A stretch of 63,630 nt of DNA, the filler included, from Polymyxa betae A26-41 (taxonomy: Eukaryota; Protista; Endomyxa: Phytomyxea), in NCBI GenBank assembly GCA_003693705.1. It is 13 parts of 13 records of this genome, joined end to end, with 100 filler letters (N's around TTAATTAATTAA, not from the genome) between each part and the next. Parts side by side here need not be neighbours in the genome. Positions count along the whole stretch, not along the records: positions 1 to 5,063 come from RBZT01000917.1; positions 5,164 to 8,823 come from RBZT01000565.1; positions 8,924 to 11,677 come from RBZT01000011.1; positions 11,778 to 19,623 come from RBZT01000186.1; 9 more parts are not named here. One strand, 5' to 3'. The position numbers and the translations under genes are program-made. Below the pieces are notes generated by a model. It did no database searches. It saw nothing but the letters and a program-made list of their open reading frames with translations, and was not told the DNA's origin. How positions within the stretch are numbered: position 1 is the first letter of the stretch; each line of letters opens with the position of its first letter. Below, in pieces: positions 1 to 11,830 of this stretch.

Positions 1-57
1 GCATTTTAAGAATCGTCGATTTTCCTGATTCTTACGGGAGAATCGATTCTCACGGGA

Positions 58-378
58 TGGAGCGGATCCTCCAATCGCGATACGCTACTAAATTGACACA
101 CACGAATTACAGCTCGTTATCAACTCTGATTTATTCCAGCTCGAATCCCAGGACCCAAATCCAGCTCGGTCCGTACGGATGCCGTACGGACCTCTCGGGG
201 GTCGAGCCTATTAATATTAAGGTACGTCGTCATACTTCCATCAGGTTCGCATCTTTGTTATGCATCAGATTTATGCGTCCGTCATCAGGAGCCATTGCGT
301 GCGCAGTTCGTCAAACTGCGTACGCTGTTTTTTTGGGAATTCAGAATTTTATATTATTATTTTAATAAATCTGATACA
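58..378 (-). mobile_element. Solo LTR, family A (about 321 bp)
   Basis: TG...CA termini; on the minus strand a TATA-like TTAATATTAATA, then AATAAA, then a GT-rich tract. Near-identical copies at 4782-5063 and 53991-54289 and an end fragment at 1787-1821. No TSD at this copy. Confidence 0.7.
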
Positions 379-939
379 GTACAAAGTATTTTTCCATTTT
401 CAGGGCCCATGTCGCTTCTTTCTTATCATGCTGAGACATTGCAAGCGTGCTAACTAAGCAATCGATTGAATTATGAAGCAATGCATAGAACGTACCAAAA
501 TGGATGCAGCTTCAGTCCGATCAGGAAGAAAATATCGACGGTGTCACCTTCCGTCGGCGAGATAACGGATGGTGACACCATCCTTCTACGACTCTAGAAT
601 GAAGAAAGTTTACCTAAACTATAATAAAGATTTTATTAGAAAACGGGCGTTTTCAAATTAGCGTTTGGCTGCAAGCTCTGTTCCAGAACGGCCGTTTAGT
701 AAACGTGACGCAGAAAACGGAAAACGGCCATTTTGCTTAAACGACCGTTTGGGTAAGTATTTCTTAAAGGTGCCGACGGCCCAGGGATCATTTTAAGTGC
801 GTACGCCAAGTGCAGGAAGGCAAAAATAGCAGAGAAACCAGGTTTAAATACGCCACACTGGCCGAAACGCGGTTTCGCTTCTTTGCCGATCGTTCTGGAC
901 GATCTCAATCAGGCTGGCACGTATTCTCCTGGTCGATGA

Positions 940-1143
940 TGTAATGGACCAGAACTACAGTATTATAAAATTAGAGAAAAGGATACGAGAATATAAGGAC
1001 TGTAATGCTACAGAACAGAAGCGAGTTTATATAGACTGGAAAGAATAATATAAGAATATAAGAATACCAGAAAATAGGAATACACGGAAGTACGACGAGC
1101 AGAGGAAGACTACGAAGGAGACAGAAACAGGGGCGACGATACA
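940..1143 (-). mobile_element. Possible solo LTR
   Basis: TGTAAT...GATACA termini with a strongly purine-skewed interior. Single copy and no TSD. Confidence 0.35.
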
Positions 1144-1210
1144 GAACAGGGTTTCAGTCCAAAACGGGCGTTAATCGAGCTGAGCTACCCTCAGTTCGAT
1201 GCAGTTGATT

Positions 1211-1965
1211 TAGGGCTCCGATCAGGTCGGGTAGCTACCCGACAATTGTATGGCGAGAGAAAAAATTCATAGAAACGCTGTATAAACATCTTGATTGGGT
1301 GCGTTGTCACCTAACGTCAATGATTTAGTGTCGCAGGCTGAAGCGAATGTCGACGCAGTCTAAAAACATTGTCCGCAGTTGAAAATTTCTTAAATCCGAC
1401 ACGGGCGATCCAGGAATTGACCGTATGTCTCTTTCGACAAAAGATGTGAAATTGCATCGCATGCGATATAATGTAATATAAAGAATCAACAGAAGAATCC
1501 TCGCAGCGCAAGTTCAAATATCGTCGGCCTCGTCCATTATTGGCCTTCACAAACGCATTGAGAGAACATCGAGGTACCTGAAAAGAGAAGAATCTTCACC
1601 AGCTACCCCTGTGGTAACGCTTGGGACCTGTTCAGCAGTACCTTTCAATCGGTCACTTTTTCTCCCAATTAGAGATTATCGGAAGTGAAACAGGTTCGAT
1701 CAGGTCAGAGTAATCAATATTGAAGTCCTTTTTTTGAGTAGTTGCGAAAGCGTCGGTGAAGAAATGGGTGCTTTGCTCTTGCGGGTTGTATCAGATTTAT
1801 TAAAAATTACATAAAACTTCTNNNNNNNNNNNNNNNNNNNNNNNNNNNNNNNNNNNNNNNNNNNNNNNNNNNNNNNNNNNNNGTATCGACCAGCTACCCG
1901 AACCCGACCCGAACCCGACCCAACCCGGGTTTTTCGGATACTACCCGAACCCGATCGGAGCCCTA
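1211..1965 (-). mobile_element. hAT-family DNA transposon remnant spanning the scaffold gap
   Basis: TIRs TAGGGCTCCGATC (1211) and GATCGGAGCCCTA (to 1965), ACCCG subterminal repeats, and a minus-strand remnant SIPGSPVS../FSTADNVFRLRRHSLQPATL resembling the hAT C-terminal dimerisation motif. The 8-bp flanks match only partly. Confidence 0.7.
1787..1821 (+). mobile_element. 5' end of LTR family A inserted in the hAT remnant
   Basis: TGTATCAGATTTATTAAAA matches the terminus at 53991; it runs into the gap. Confidence 0.6.
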
Positions 1966-2454
1966 ATTCCATTGAGATCGCCAAATTTGCTGCGGAACAG
2001 AATCGCTGAGTTTTGCATTCGTGACGGACGAGAGTTAGCACAAAAGGCTTACGATATACTTTCTCCATTGATCTCTCCTGAAAGCAAATCCTTAGATGAG
2101 TACGCACCGGGGCACATTCTCAAACCAGGACAATAGAGAGGCTTATTTGAGATGGTTTGATAGCAGCGTTATTTCTTCTGGACCGTGCTAGCATTTCAAA
2201 TACTGCTCAAGCTTTTTGTGCTGAATTCAGCACAAAAAGCTTCCTGCCGCTGCACTTGAAAATCTCTCAGTGCATCCAAACAAGCGCACCAGTAATCCAT
2301 CTATTTCATCATATTTACCAACATCCTACGACTCCAGTTTTGTCAAGCATGGCGGGACAGCTGAATCATTTTTTGTACTTGAAACCTGCGCCTGTTCAAG
2401 CAGTACATATTCTGCAAACTGGCAAATCTTATCGTCTCGCAACGTCAAGAGCAT

Positions 2455-4564
2455 TTGAATGCCTTCGTCGTTGAAGTGCCCTCCGACGAGCGGCAAGCTG
2501 AAGTCAAACTCAGTACGGCTTCTGAAAATAAGGAAAATGCATGTGAGGAAAAACCAAGCCGTGCGAACAAACAACAAAGGATTTCCGAAAAAGATAAGCA
2601 GCATATACTGGCCTGGACGAACGTTAGAAGAGATTGAGAGAACAGGCAGATTTTAAGATCGTAAAACGACGACAACGACAGCGCCTTCTCATGCAGCATT
2701 CGAAACTGGCTCTGGCAATCACGCGATGCGTAATCGCCCACCTGGTAAACTGATTATCGGAATAACAGACAAACGCTTAACTGGAAATCACAGGTATTCA
2801 TTGTTTGCGATAAGTCTGAAGGAAGCGTTACGACAACAAAAGCACCGGTAGAACTCTCTGTGATTTCGGCAAATAAGCGCAAACAGCTGGCGTGGAGCGA
2901 ACGAACAAAAATCATTTTCTTTCTTCTTCATCCAAAGCTAGGAAACCACGACCGTGAGCTGCTACAAAAAACGATCAGGCGAAACTGTATGTACTAAATC
3001 AAAGTTTACAGGAACTCTTAGAGGATGGCTCAAGCCACATCATCATTCGAAGTGGATATATGAGATCGAAAAATTAACAGTGCAAGTTGCCGTACAATCC
3101 CTTCCTGAAAAGCATCGATATGTAAACGAAACTATTGATGGGTCTGACAAATTTCCAGAAAAGGTTTCGGTTGTATACCGGAAACGAAAAGGAAATGCAT
3201 GTGTACAAACAGTTTTGACGAAAAATGATGAAGGTGCGATGAGCGTGCAGAAAATGGAGAGTCTGGAGAAGAAAATAGAATGTGTTAAGTACGTTAATCA
3301 AAAAAACGCAAAGCTGGCCAAAGAAGGAAGAAAGCTTGGTAAACCGATAGGTTATCCTGAACATGAACAATTTTTGCTGGAGCTTATCAAAACGAAGACG
3401 ATCGAGGTATTCCGATTACAGTGAATAGAGCGAAAGAGCAAATTAGAATCCGATTTACCGGTTGTCATCCTGAAGGATTCCAGAAACTGATGAAGAACAG
3501 AAAGCTGTTAGTGGATTCTCGATATCACTACTTTTCGAACTTAAACTGCCACTTAGGTTTAACAATGGTTCAAAGGGTGTTGGAAAGAAACCGTTGGGCC
3601 AACCAAAAAGAGACAGTATCTCAGGTTGTACCTAAAACCTGGAGAAAGATCGCAATAGCAGAATCAGCAGCAATCAGGAAAGACTTTAGGGATGCTGACG
3701 TAGACCACATCATTGCAATGGACTAAACATTCATTCGCTTTCATGAATCCTGTGAGACCGTCTTGGTTCCTCAGGGGTCGAAACGTGTGGCAGGACGAGC
3801 CCGGCCTCATGATCCTAAATCGGGGATCACCCTTGTTGTGGCAGCCGACCTGACCACATCTTCGTTGCTCCCATCTTTCATTTTTGGAACGGCCAAATTT
3901 GGAGCAATTCTGATGAAGCAATGGGCGCACTATAGCAAGAGCGTTGTGGTCTTCTCGGAGTTGCACTGGATGACCAGAAAAATAACAATCATTTTTCTGC
4001 ATTGGCTAACAATTCAGCTCCCTGATCGTACGCTTGGTACTGATTGAAACAAATCACATGATATGTTGTTAACATGGCTATAGGATTGATATGGGATAGA
4101 GCCGCCACACATTATGGACCTGACATCGAGGATTGGATTTCTGAACACAACGCAAAATCAAAGGGCAAAATCCTCGTTCGCTTCATTGCTGAGGGTATGA
4201 CATCAGTAATGCAGGTATGGCAACGAACAGTTTTGAATGTATCGCTTAGCTAAATTGGATTAGGTAGGTGACGTTGCTCTAAATCGCTGCCTCAAAGAAC
4301 AAATCCGACGTGAGTTTGATGACCTCCGTTGGACGCGAATTAGATCTGTTACCGGTGAAGAGCTAGATTCAATTATTGAGAATATTTTTTTTCGCAGCTT
4401 ACAATGCAGAGCATATTGAGCGCCGAACAATAACGAATGCGTTCACAAAATGTGGGCAAGATCCCTTTTTATCAGAGGATGAAGCGGAGCAGCGGTTGAA
4501 GAAGCATTTATCTTCTTTGGATGAATGTTCTTTCTATGCTAACTTGGGTTCTCTCCAAATATAA
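2455..4564 (+). pseudogene. pogo-like (DDE_1) transposase pseudogene with introns
   Basis: IIAMD*TF, GITLVVAAD, HWMT, GLIWDRAATH, GMTSVMQVGDVALN motifs; in-frame stop at 3724-3726 and frameshifts. Confidence 0.8.
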
Positions 4565-4781
4565 ACGGTTTTCAATTTTTATGGATAAAAACGTTTTAGC
4601 TACCCGTCACAGAGTCAGACTCGTTGCTATGAATAGTTATCCAGCCACAGTGACAGGGCGTCAAAACACCCTGTTACAGACTTTGTAATCTGGATCAGAT
4701 CTCTCTATAGTAACTCTATTTTATTTTTCTTCTAATAGAGAGTTTTCGAAGCGTTTTTGAGTTTGAGTTTGACTTTCAGAT

Positions 4782-5063
4782 TGGAGCGGATCCTCCAATC
4801 GCGATACGCTACTAAATTGACACACACGAATTACAGCTCGTTATCAACTCTGATTTATTCCAGCTCGAATCCCAGGACCCAAATCCAGCTCGGTCCGTAC
4901 GGATGCCGTACGGACCTCTCGGGGGTCGAGCCTATTAATATTAAGGTACGTCGTCATACTTCCATCAGGTTCGCATCTTTGTTATGCATCAGATTTATGC
5001 GTCCGTTATCAGGAGCCATTGCGTGCGCAGTTCGTCAAACTGCGTACGCTGTTTTTTTTGGGA
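4782..5063 (-). mobile_element. LTR family A copy, truncated by contig end
   Basis: Almost identical to 58-340. Confidence 0.75.
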
Positions 5064-5163
5064 NNNNNNNNNNNNNNNNNNNNNNNNNNNNNNNNNNNNN
5101 NNNNNNNTTAATTAATTAANNNNNNNNNNNNNNNNNNNNNNNNNNNNNNNNNNNNNNNNNNNN
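5064..5163. other. Artificial contig-joining linker (N-run + TTAATTAATTAA + N-run). Same linker at 8824-8923, 11678-11777, 19624-19723, 29163-29262, 43662-43761, 46536-46635, 51838-51937, 54290-54389, 56888-56987, 59910-60009, 61963-62062
   Basis: Identical 100-nt spacer with stops in all six frames, present 12 times. The gap at 1822-1882 lacks the core and is an ordinary scaffold gap. Confidence 0.98.
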
Positions 5164-5266
5164 CCAACCATTAATTCAAATTGAGATTCCAAAAATGACA
5201 CGTTATAGGGTCTTATAACGTGTCATTTTTGATTTTTTTTAAAAATGACAGCATATTTTCCTTGTG
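5164..5266 (-). mobile_element. Terminus of a DNA transposon/MITE (CAC... end) inserted in the gypsy integrase
   Basis: Integrase homology stops at about 5266; the minus strand begins CACAAGG; perfect 18-bp inverted repeat at 5190-5231 and repeated AAAAATGACA. Confidence 0.5.
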
Positions 5267-8200
5267 ACTACCACATCGGTAGTTGGTTCAGAGCACGGCG
5301 TTAATCTTACATATCCAGTAAAGTCATCCAACATCACTAAAATCCATTTAAAGTCATGCCGAGCATCTTTTGCAACCTCTTCCATATATACAAAATCATA
5401 GTGTAAACATTCGTTCGCCTTTTCACCATGACATTGTTCGCCGAGAGGGCGTGGAATTCTCCTACCACCTCTACATGGAGACAGTGTAGACAGTTGCTTG
5501 CAATGTTTGTCACATCTTTTTTCATTAACTTCCAAACGAGAACAGATTGTAACAAATTCAAGCTCTCCGTTATTCCAACGTGTCCACTATTTCCACCAGC
5601 ATGGGCGATGATCGCTAACCTCAGACGTAGATATTCATCATCGTCAGGAATGATTATCCGCTCTTTCCAATCAATATATAAACCATCGTTATTTTTCCGA
5701 CCAGAGCATGTTTGATGTTGATCTTGTGATGATGCAATCGCTTCTACATTCGGCCATTCAAAGTCAGCACGCTGAAGCGGCCTGATATGTAAAGTTGAAG
5801 GTATCTTCGATTCCACAGTGACTTTTCTAATCATTCGATTTATTACTGGGGGGCCCCATCGGGTCATCAAATCAGCCCAAGTATTATCTTCACTGCGAAT
5901 GTGCTCAATTCTATAGTTGAACTCGAAATATCCATACCCCATCGAGTAAGTTCGCAGAGGTGTGCTTCGCCATATTCTTATCAGGATTGAACATTGAGAC
6001 TAAATTTTTGTGGTCGGTATACAGCCGACATGGCTCTCTATCCTCTCCCAAAACTGGTAGCAGGTAATCTAGTTTTTCCATGCAAGATTTGACAGCAAAA
6101 ACTTCCCATTCGGGCACAGTCCAATTTTTGTTGTGTTCTATCCCATGTATGACCACTAAAACCCAACGGCTCATGGTTTTGCTCCAACAATGGCTTTCCC
6201 AGATCACACTTCGGTATCTGTGTCACCAAACCAGCACAATGATCTTTATTAGCATCTGTGAAAAATGCATTGAATATAGTCCGATTTTGGATATGCAAGC
6301 TGAACCGAATTAGCAATCGCTTCTTTCAGTTTTTTAAACGCATTATCATGTTCCGGACCCCAGCCGTGTTTGCTGAGTGTTATGCCTCTAGCAATCGATT
6401 TACTTCTTTTCGGTTGATTCCTCATTGCATTTTCAAAAACATCCTGCAATTGTCCCTCTAAACAGTGGTATTCAGGAATGTGTCTTTGCATCCACTGTAC
6501 ACTACATAGAAATTGCTGTAAATCACTAGCCTTCTTTGGTGTACCGATTTGCATTAACGCCTTAATGCGATCAGGGTCGTGCTTGACGCCCGTAGATGTG
6601 AAGATTTCACCAGCAAATTTCACTTCCGAAAGAAATAGCTCGCATCTATCGAAGTTTAGCTTTAACCCAGACTTTTCAGTTAATTCTAGTACTTTTCGTA
6701 GAGCTTCAAACCACTCATTTAGCGTGCGGGTGTAACCCAAGAGATCGTCAACCCATATAATCAATGATTTATACATTATTTCAGCGAATATTTCTGACAT
6801 TCGTGCTTGAAATTGGACAGTGGAGTTTAGATGGCCCTGAATGCTTCTAGTAGGAGTGTAAACACCTCTGTCAGTCGCAAAGCTCATCATCTCCTGAGAG
6901 TCTGGATGTAGCGGAATTATCCAGAAACCTTTGAAGGCATCCAATGCGAACCAATACTGCTTATCAGCAAGATATTGAACGATGGCTTCAAGGTGTGGCA
7001 TCGGCCACATCTTGGAATGGCATTGCTTGTTGACTTCTCGTAAATCAACACGCATTCGATAACCACGATTTCCCGGTTTCTGTACCACCACAACTGGTGA
7101 AGCCCATTTGCTATTCCTGTTCTCATAAACCAATCCATATTCCAAGAGTTAAGTAACAAACTCATCCAGAAATTCACTCTGCTGTCTTCCATACTTTCGA
7201 TTTGGACATTTAATGTGTTTGGCGTTGTTAATCAACTCAGATTTCAAGGGTGTGACTGAGGCAGGAGGATCATTGCATAATTTCAATCGAAATACATTCC
7301 TATATTTCATGATGAGCTCCCTTAGCCTGTTTTGCCATTCGATTGGCAGTCCTTTTTCGACTGCTTTATTAATCAACCGATTTATAGCCAATTGCATTTC
7401 TTCATCGGCATCAATTCCGATATCTGGAGAATCAGATTCCATTTCCGATGTTCCCAACTCCTTAGCGTGATCAGCGCCGTACTCATTGGTTAGATCTCCA
7501 TTTTCAAGTGGCTTCTCACATTCCATCGAATCAATTAACATCTCTAGAGCTTGCTCAGGTGTGATGCCAATTTCTAACAATAGGTCTCTTCCTATTATGA
7601 TATCCTGGTTGGGGACGTCCCAGACGTAACATTTACGATTTCGTAACGTTATCTCGCCTGCCCTACTCATGATCAGTACCAGGTCTAGACTCATCGTCTC
7701 ATGCAATTCGCACGACGTTTTACCATCAGCAAGAGTCGCGATCTCTGGCTGTGGTAGTTTCTGAATCTTGAAATTTTCAGGATCCAGTTTCTCTGCCTCA
7801 AGTGCCATTGATTTCGGGATTATGGTCACATCCGAGCCATTATCCAATAATGCTGGGCAAGAGAATGACATATTAGAAATTTTCACTTGAATCTCCCTAA
7901 CAATGTCTGAACTGTCAGATTCTGCCCCAATTTTCCTGATCTTAATCAAGAGTCCAGTGTACTTGGAACCAGTTGGTTTATTGGCTTTTGCGTCCGCAAC
8001 TTTAGCCTGCTTGTGTTGCTCTAATAGCTGTCGCTGACGTTCAGCGCTGGGCTTCTTAAGGCAACCCGCCATTTTGTGGTCTTCAGAACCACATTCTAGA
8101 CATTTGCCTTTCGTTTTCGGAGTGGCTATAGGCTTTTTACTCGGCTTCGGTTTTTTGCTCTTCGGCTCGTTACCATCAGCTTTGTATTTCCCAGCACTAC

Positions 8201-8823
8201 TCTTGCGTTTCGTGACTCCATCACGTGCTGCAATAATTTCTTCAGCCTTGCGAACTTTGTGAACACAAATTGCTTCCGCGCTGGCTATCTCGAAGAATCG
8301 GATTTCGTCACGATTAAGCTTCGAGTCCTTTTCAAGGGCATCTTTAACTAGATGATGCAGTGTAGGTTCACTACGCATAGCTTCGACCAAGTATTGGATT
8401 TTCAGTTTGCGGCCATCCTTTCCATCGAAAGCAGAGGCCCACCCTTTATTAACTACGGTTTCGTTGAAGGTAGTAAACAGACGAAGGATACGATCCTCAG
8501 GATCATTCCTGCCGCCCAATTTCACTATCCCAGCCAACGTACGCTTCAGAATGGTACTCATGGACCCAGGATCGGGCTCCGTTTTCCCAACTTTGTTGCG
8601 CATCCAGCTCAACAGCTGCTCCGAGTCTACTTCATCTTTGCGCTTCTTAAACAACAAGTCACAAATTGAAGTAAGGGTGTTCGGATGAATAGCCGATTTA
8701 ATTGAACGCGGCTTTATTTTCGGGTCAATCGATCCGTCTGCAATTCCATCATCATGAATTTTGCAGTACCACTCATATTCGTTGAGAAAAGAGACAATCG
8801 CCTCCTTGGCGAAACTAATCAGT
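5267..8823 (-). mobile_element. Ty3/gypsy retrotransposon gag-PR-RT-RNaseH-IN, disrupted
   Basis: Zn knuckle CLECGSEDHKMAGC; protease LLDNGSD; RT WASPVVVV, LDAFKGFW, WVDDLL; RNaseH FTDA, YTDHKNL, NTWADLMTR; integrase HHCC and LHYDF. In-frame TAA at 7149-7151 and several frameshifts. Confidence 0.95.
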
Positions 8824-9220
8824 NNNNNNNNNNNNNNNNNNNNNNNNNNNNNNNNNNNNNNNNNNNNTTAATTAATTAANNNNNNNNNNNNNNNNNNNNN
8901 NNNNNNNNNNNNNNNNNNNNNNNTATTGAAGCTGCCTTCCAAACAATCATATGCAGCAGGATGCATTGTCGTCGACCGTGACAATATAACTGTCACGAGC
9001 CGTTCGCCAAAATAGAACGAGGGCGATCGCATCATGAAGATTGGCAGAGTTGCTACCCGGAATGCCTCCTGTAAGTATATTTAAAAACATTTCGAGTTTA
9101 TGTGCATTTGTCTAATCAGTTTGTTTGGAGATTTCACATGCTACTTAAACAAGAGAACCGAGTTAGGGCTTGAAGTTCAGAGCAGCAAGAGAACTTCCAG
9201 ACATATTTTTCAAGATAAAA

Positions 9221-10928
9221 TACGACTACCGGTACCAATCTAAAATTGCCACGCTGATTCCACATTTATGTAGCTAAACTGTCATTTAGGTTTTTTCAAT
9301 GCTCTTTAATCCGACATCACAAGGTAATGTTTTTTAGAAGAATGCCCTAGCGTCTGAGACTTTCTTCTATCTGTGGTAACTTGTACTTGTTACCTCCTTT
9401 GACTTCCATTATACTGTAATGTCCGGAAGATATTGTTCAATTTTTTACTATCCAGATGAAAGGAAGCTGTTGTTACAGACTTACAGCTTTAATCAACTCA
9501 TCGATGCTTTTGTGGTGCCTTTTGATGTTGCTTGCACTGAATCGCGCGAGAGAAACCAAGATCCAACGCATTCATTTCGGGAATGTAGGGTGGCTAGAAG
9601 GTTGGTTGGGTTGATGTCAAACCCTTCTTTTGACGCTTCATTGATCAACCCCTCAACTGAAGATCCGATATGAGGTTTCGCGCTGTCCTGCTGTATGAAG
9701 ATTGTTGTCGTGGCGTGCCGACGCGGTTTCGATCGAATAGCAGGAATTACTTGCTGTATCAAGCATTTTCGGATCACATCTTTATTGACTGACTCATTTT
9801 GGCTGAGTTACCATTGTCCGTGGACGATTCTTACTGCCACGTTTTGACGGTTCTTATGAAATATTCCTAGTTTGCCAGAAACCCACTGATTTTCGATCGA
9901 TCCAATCGTGGTCTGGCGACGTCAGCTAGAAGCTTACTTTTGCTATGAAGCGCTTGCTCTTGCACGTACGTTCGTTGAGGCTCATTTTCATCCGCAGCCA
10001 GGTACACGTGCTTTTTCGTTTCGGTCATATAAAACCATGTTTCATCGATATGAACGATATTGATCATATGCTGGAAAAACGGTTCATGCGTTGGTGATAC
10101 ATTGACCATAGAAATACAGAATCGCAGTCTGGCGATCTATTTCCATTAGTAAGAAACGGCTTCAGAGAGTTAGATTGAGGTTTCAGGATTCCTTCTTTGA
10201 TTCAAGAATGCACTGTTGATGCTGAAAGGTTCTACGCAGAAGCTATCGACCGAATGTTCGTTCGACCGAATGTTCGTTCTTTGATCAGAATTTTCTGATC
10301 TGTTCTGGAGTAACAGCTGCTTTTTTCCTTCCGACATCTCCAAGTTTGCTTGACATAACATTAACAGCAAACATTCCGTTTCCAGAGTTTTTTGTCCTTG
10401 GATCCCATATTCGACCAACTGTTTTCCGACATACTCTGAATAGCTGGCTCGCTGCCGATGTTGAGCTTTAAACGAACTTTCCCCATCACTTAACTTCAAA
10501 ATATAGTCGTAGATAACGCGACGCTGGTTATCAGTGAGGTTTCTTTTCCCGATTCTATCTTTAGCAAATTCTTCAGGAACGATGACAATTTCCGAAGTCT
10601 GTTGTTCGGGTGATGCATCGTTTTCAGACGACATAATGACTTCTACGGCTAGGTTGGGGTCTACAGCAATTGCAGTGATGCTGGAGAATGCTAATTTTAC
10701 AATGGCAAGTCAGCGGTGCTGATGAAAGATGCTGGCAAAAACAGAATGTTTACTCGAGGAGGTTTGAAATGTGCGCCGCAGCTGAAAATTTCAGGAAATA
10801 TTTGAACCCTGTGCACGTCATTAACCGATTAACGGTCCGCTTTTGATATCCACCAAAACATATTTTAAAAACTAACGTTAACCCCGCGGTTTTTCCAAAT
10901 GGGACTTTATTTTCGAACAGAAGGAGAA
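9221..10928 (-). mobile_element. Degenerate mariner (plant/oomycete-type) element
   Basis: IVHIDETWFYM, VARPR, IFIQQDSAKPH motifs; N-terminal NLTDNQRRVIY; Stowaway-like TIR remnant GAACAGAAGGAG at 10915-10926. Left boundary is uncertain. Confidence 0.85.
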
Positions 10929-11062
10929 CCTAAGTCCTAAGATGGAAAGTTGGATGTCGCTGGGTGATTTACCTATCACTTTTTCACCTAAGGTAGGTAC
11001 TGTACCAGGATAAAGTGAAAGTCGCACTTTATTCTCTTTGGCTTGATTCATAACAAGCAGTG

Positions 11063-11668
11063 ATGGCGACTGATACTTCTAAATCAGTCGCAGACAAGAA
11101 CAATATCCTATTCCTATTCAGCCACGGTGCAGGCGCCGGTATACAATCAGACCATTGTCAGCGCTGGATTTCGTTGCTCGAGGACATCGCTCCTGTATTT
11201 ACCATCGAGTATTCTTATATGAAAAGTCAGCGGCGTCGTCCTCCGCCGCCAATCAAAACATTAATCGATGAACAAGTGCAGCGGTTCAGGCAGCTACGTG
11301 AACAGTTTCCTGCTGCTAAGATTGTTATGGTGGGTAGATCGATGGGAAGTCGAGTGGCATGTCATGCTTCACTTGACGAATCTGTCGACGCTTCTGCTGT
11401 TGTCTGCTTATCGTATCCTCTGATCTCTTCAAGTGCTAAGAAGTCCAGACGTGATGCAGTACTGAAACAGATGAAGATACCAGTAATGTTCGTGGCCGGT
11501 TCTAAAGATCCCATGGGTCCTATAAAGGATCTGCAGAATTTGTCAAAGAGTATGCATTGTCAGGCCATGATGCATGTTATGAATGGTGCTGGTCATGATT
11601 TGATGGTTCGTCCGCGAGACAAACAAACCTATGCAGCAGGATACAAAGTCGTCGCCCTGACACCATAA
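11063..11668 (+). CDS. KANL3/Tex30-like alpha/beta hydrolase
   Basis: HGAGAG oxyanion region, GRSMG nucleophile elbow, LSYPL, GSKD and GAGH catalytic positions. The 3' end lies near the contig end. Confidence 0.85.
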   Translation: MATDTSKSVADKNNILFLFSHGAGAGIQSDHCQRWISLLEDIAPVFTIEYSYMKSQRRRPPPPIKTLIDEQVQRFRQLREQFPAAKIVMVGRSMGSRVACHASLDESVDASAVVCLSYPLISSSAKKSRRDAVLKQMKIPVMFVAGSKDPMGPIKDLQNLSKSMHCQAMMHVMNGAGHDLMVRPRDKQTYAAGYKVVALTP

Positions 11669-11777
11669 CTATTAAGANNNNNNNNNNNNNNNNNNNNNNN
11701 NNNNNNNNNNNNNNNNNNNNNTTAATTAATTAANNNNNNNNNNNNNNNNNNNNNNNNNNNNNNNNNNNNNNNNNNNN

Positions 11778-11830
11778 CCTGGTGGTCGGCTGGGCGGCTG
11801 TGAGTACTGTCATGCTCAATGGGCATGACA
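11778..11830 (-). mobile_element. Terminus of LTR family B inserted into the copia integrase
   Basis: Reverse complement of 51968-52020; ends ...GCATGACA directly before the copia-like LMDLDTKRTFVSRAVTFDE. Confidence 0.8.

Noticed and set aside
200-340. Hammerhead ribozyme (CTGATGA on the minus strand) or Pol III SINE in LTR-A
   Set aside because: No stem II closed by GAAA and no stem I/III pairing found; the B-box-like GCTCGAATCCC has no A-box or cloverleaf.
57-365. Repeated 102-120-aa ORF (also 4757-5119 and 53913-54275) as a gene family
   Set aside because: It is the antisense reading of LTR family A, with no protein features and differing starts and ends.
7149-7151. Programmed stop-codon readthrough between gag and pol
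   Set aside because: The stop lies after the protease, inside the RT N-terminus, and the element has further frameshifts, so it is more simply a nonsense mutation.
11063-11668. Bacterial horizontal transfer of the intronless hydrolase
   Set aside because: The family is widespread in eukaryotes and the motifs fit eukaryotic members; no support without a phylogeny.
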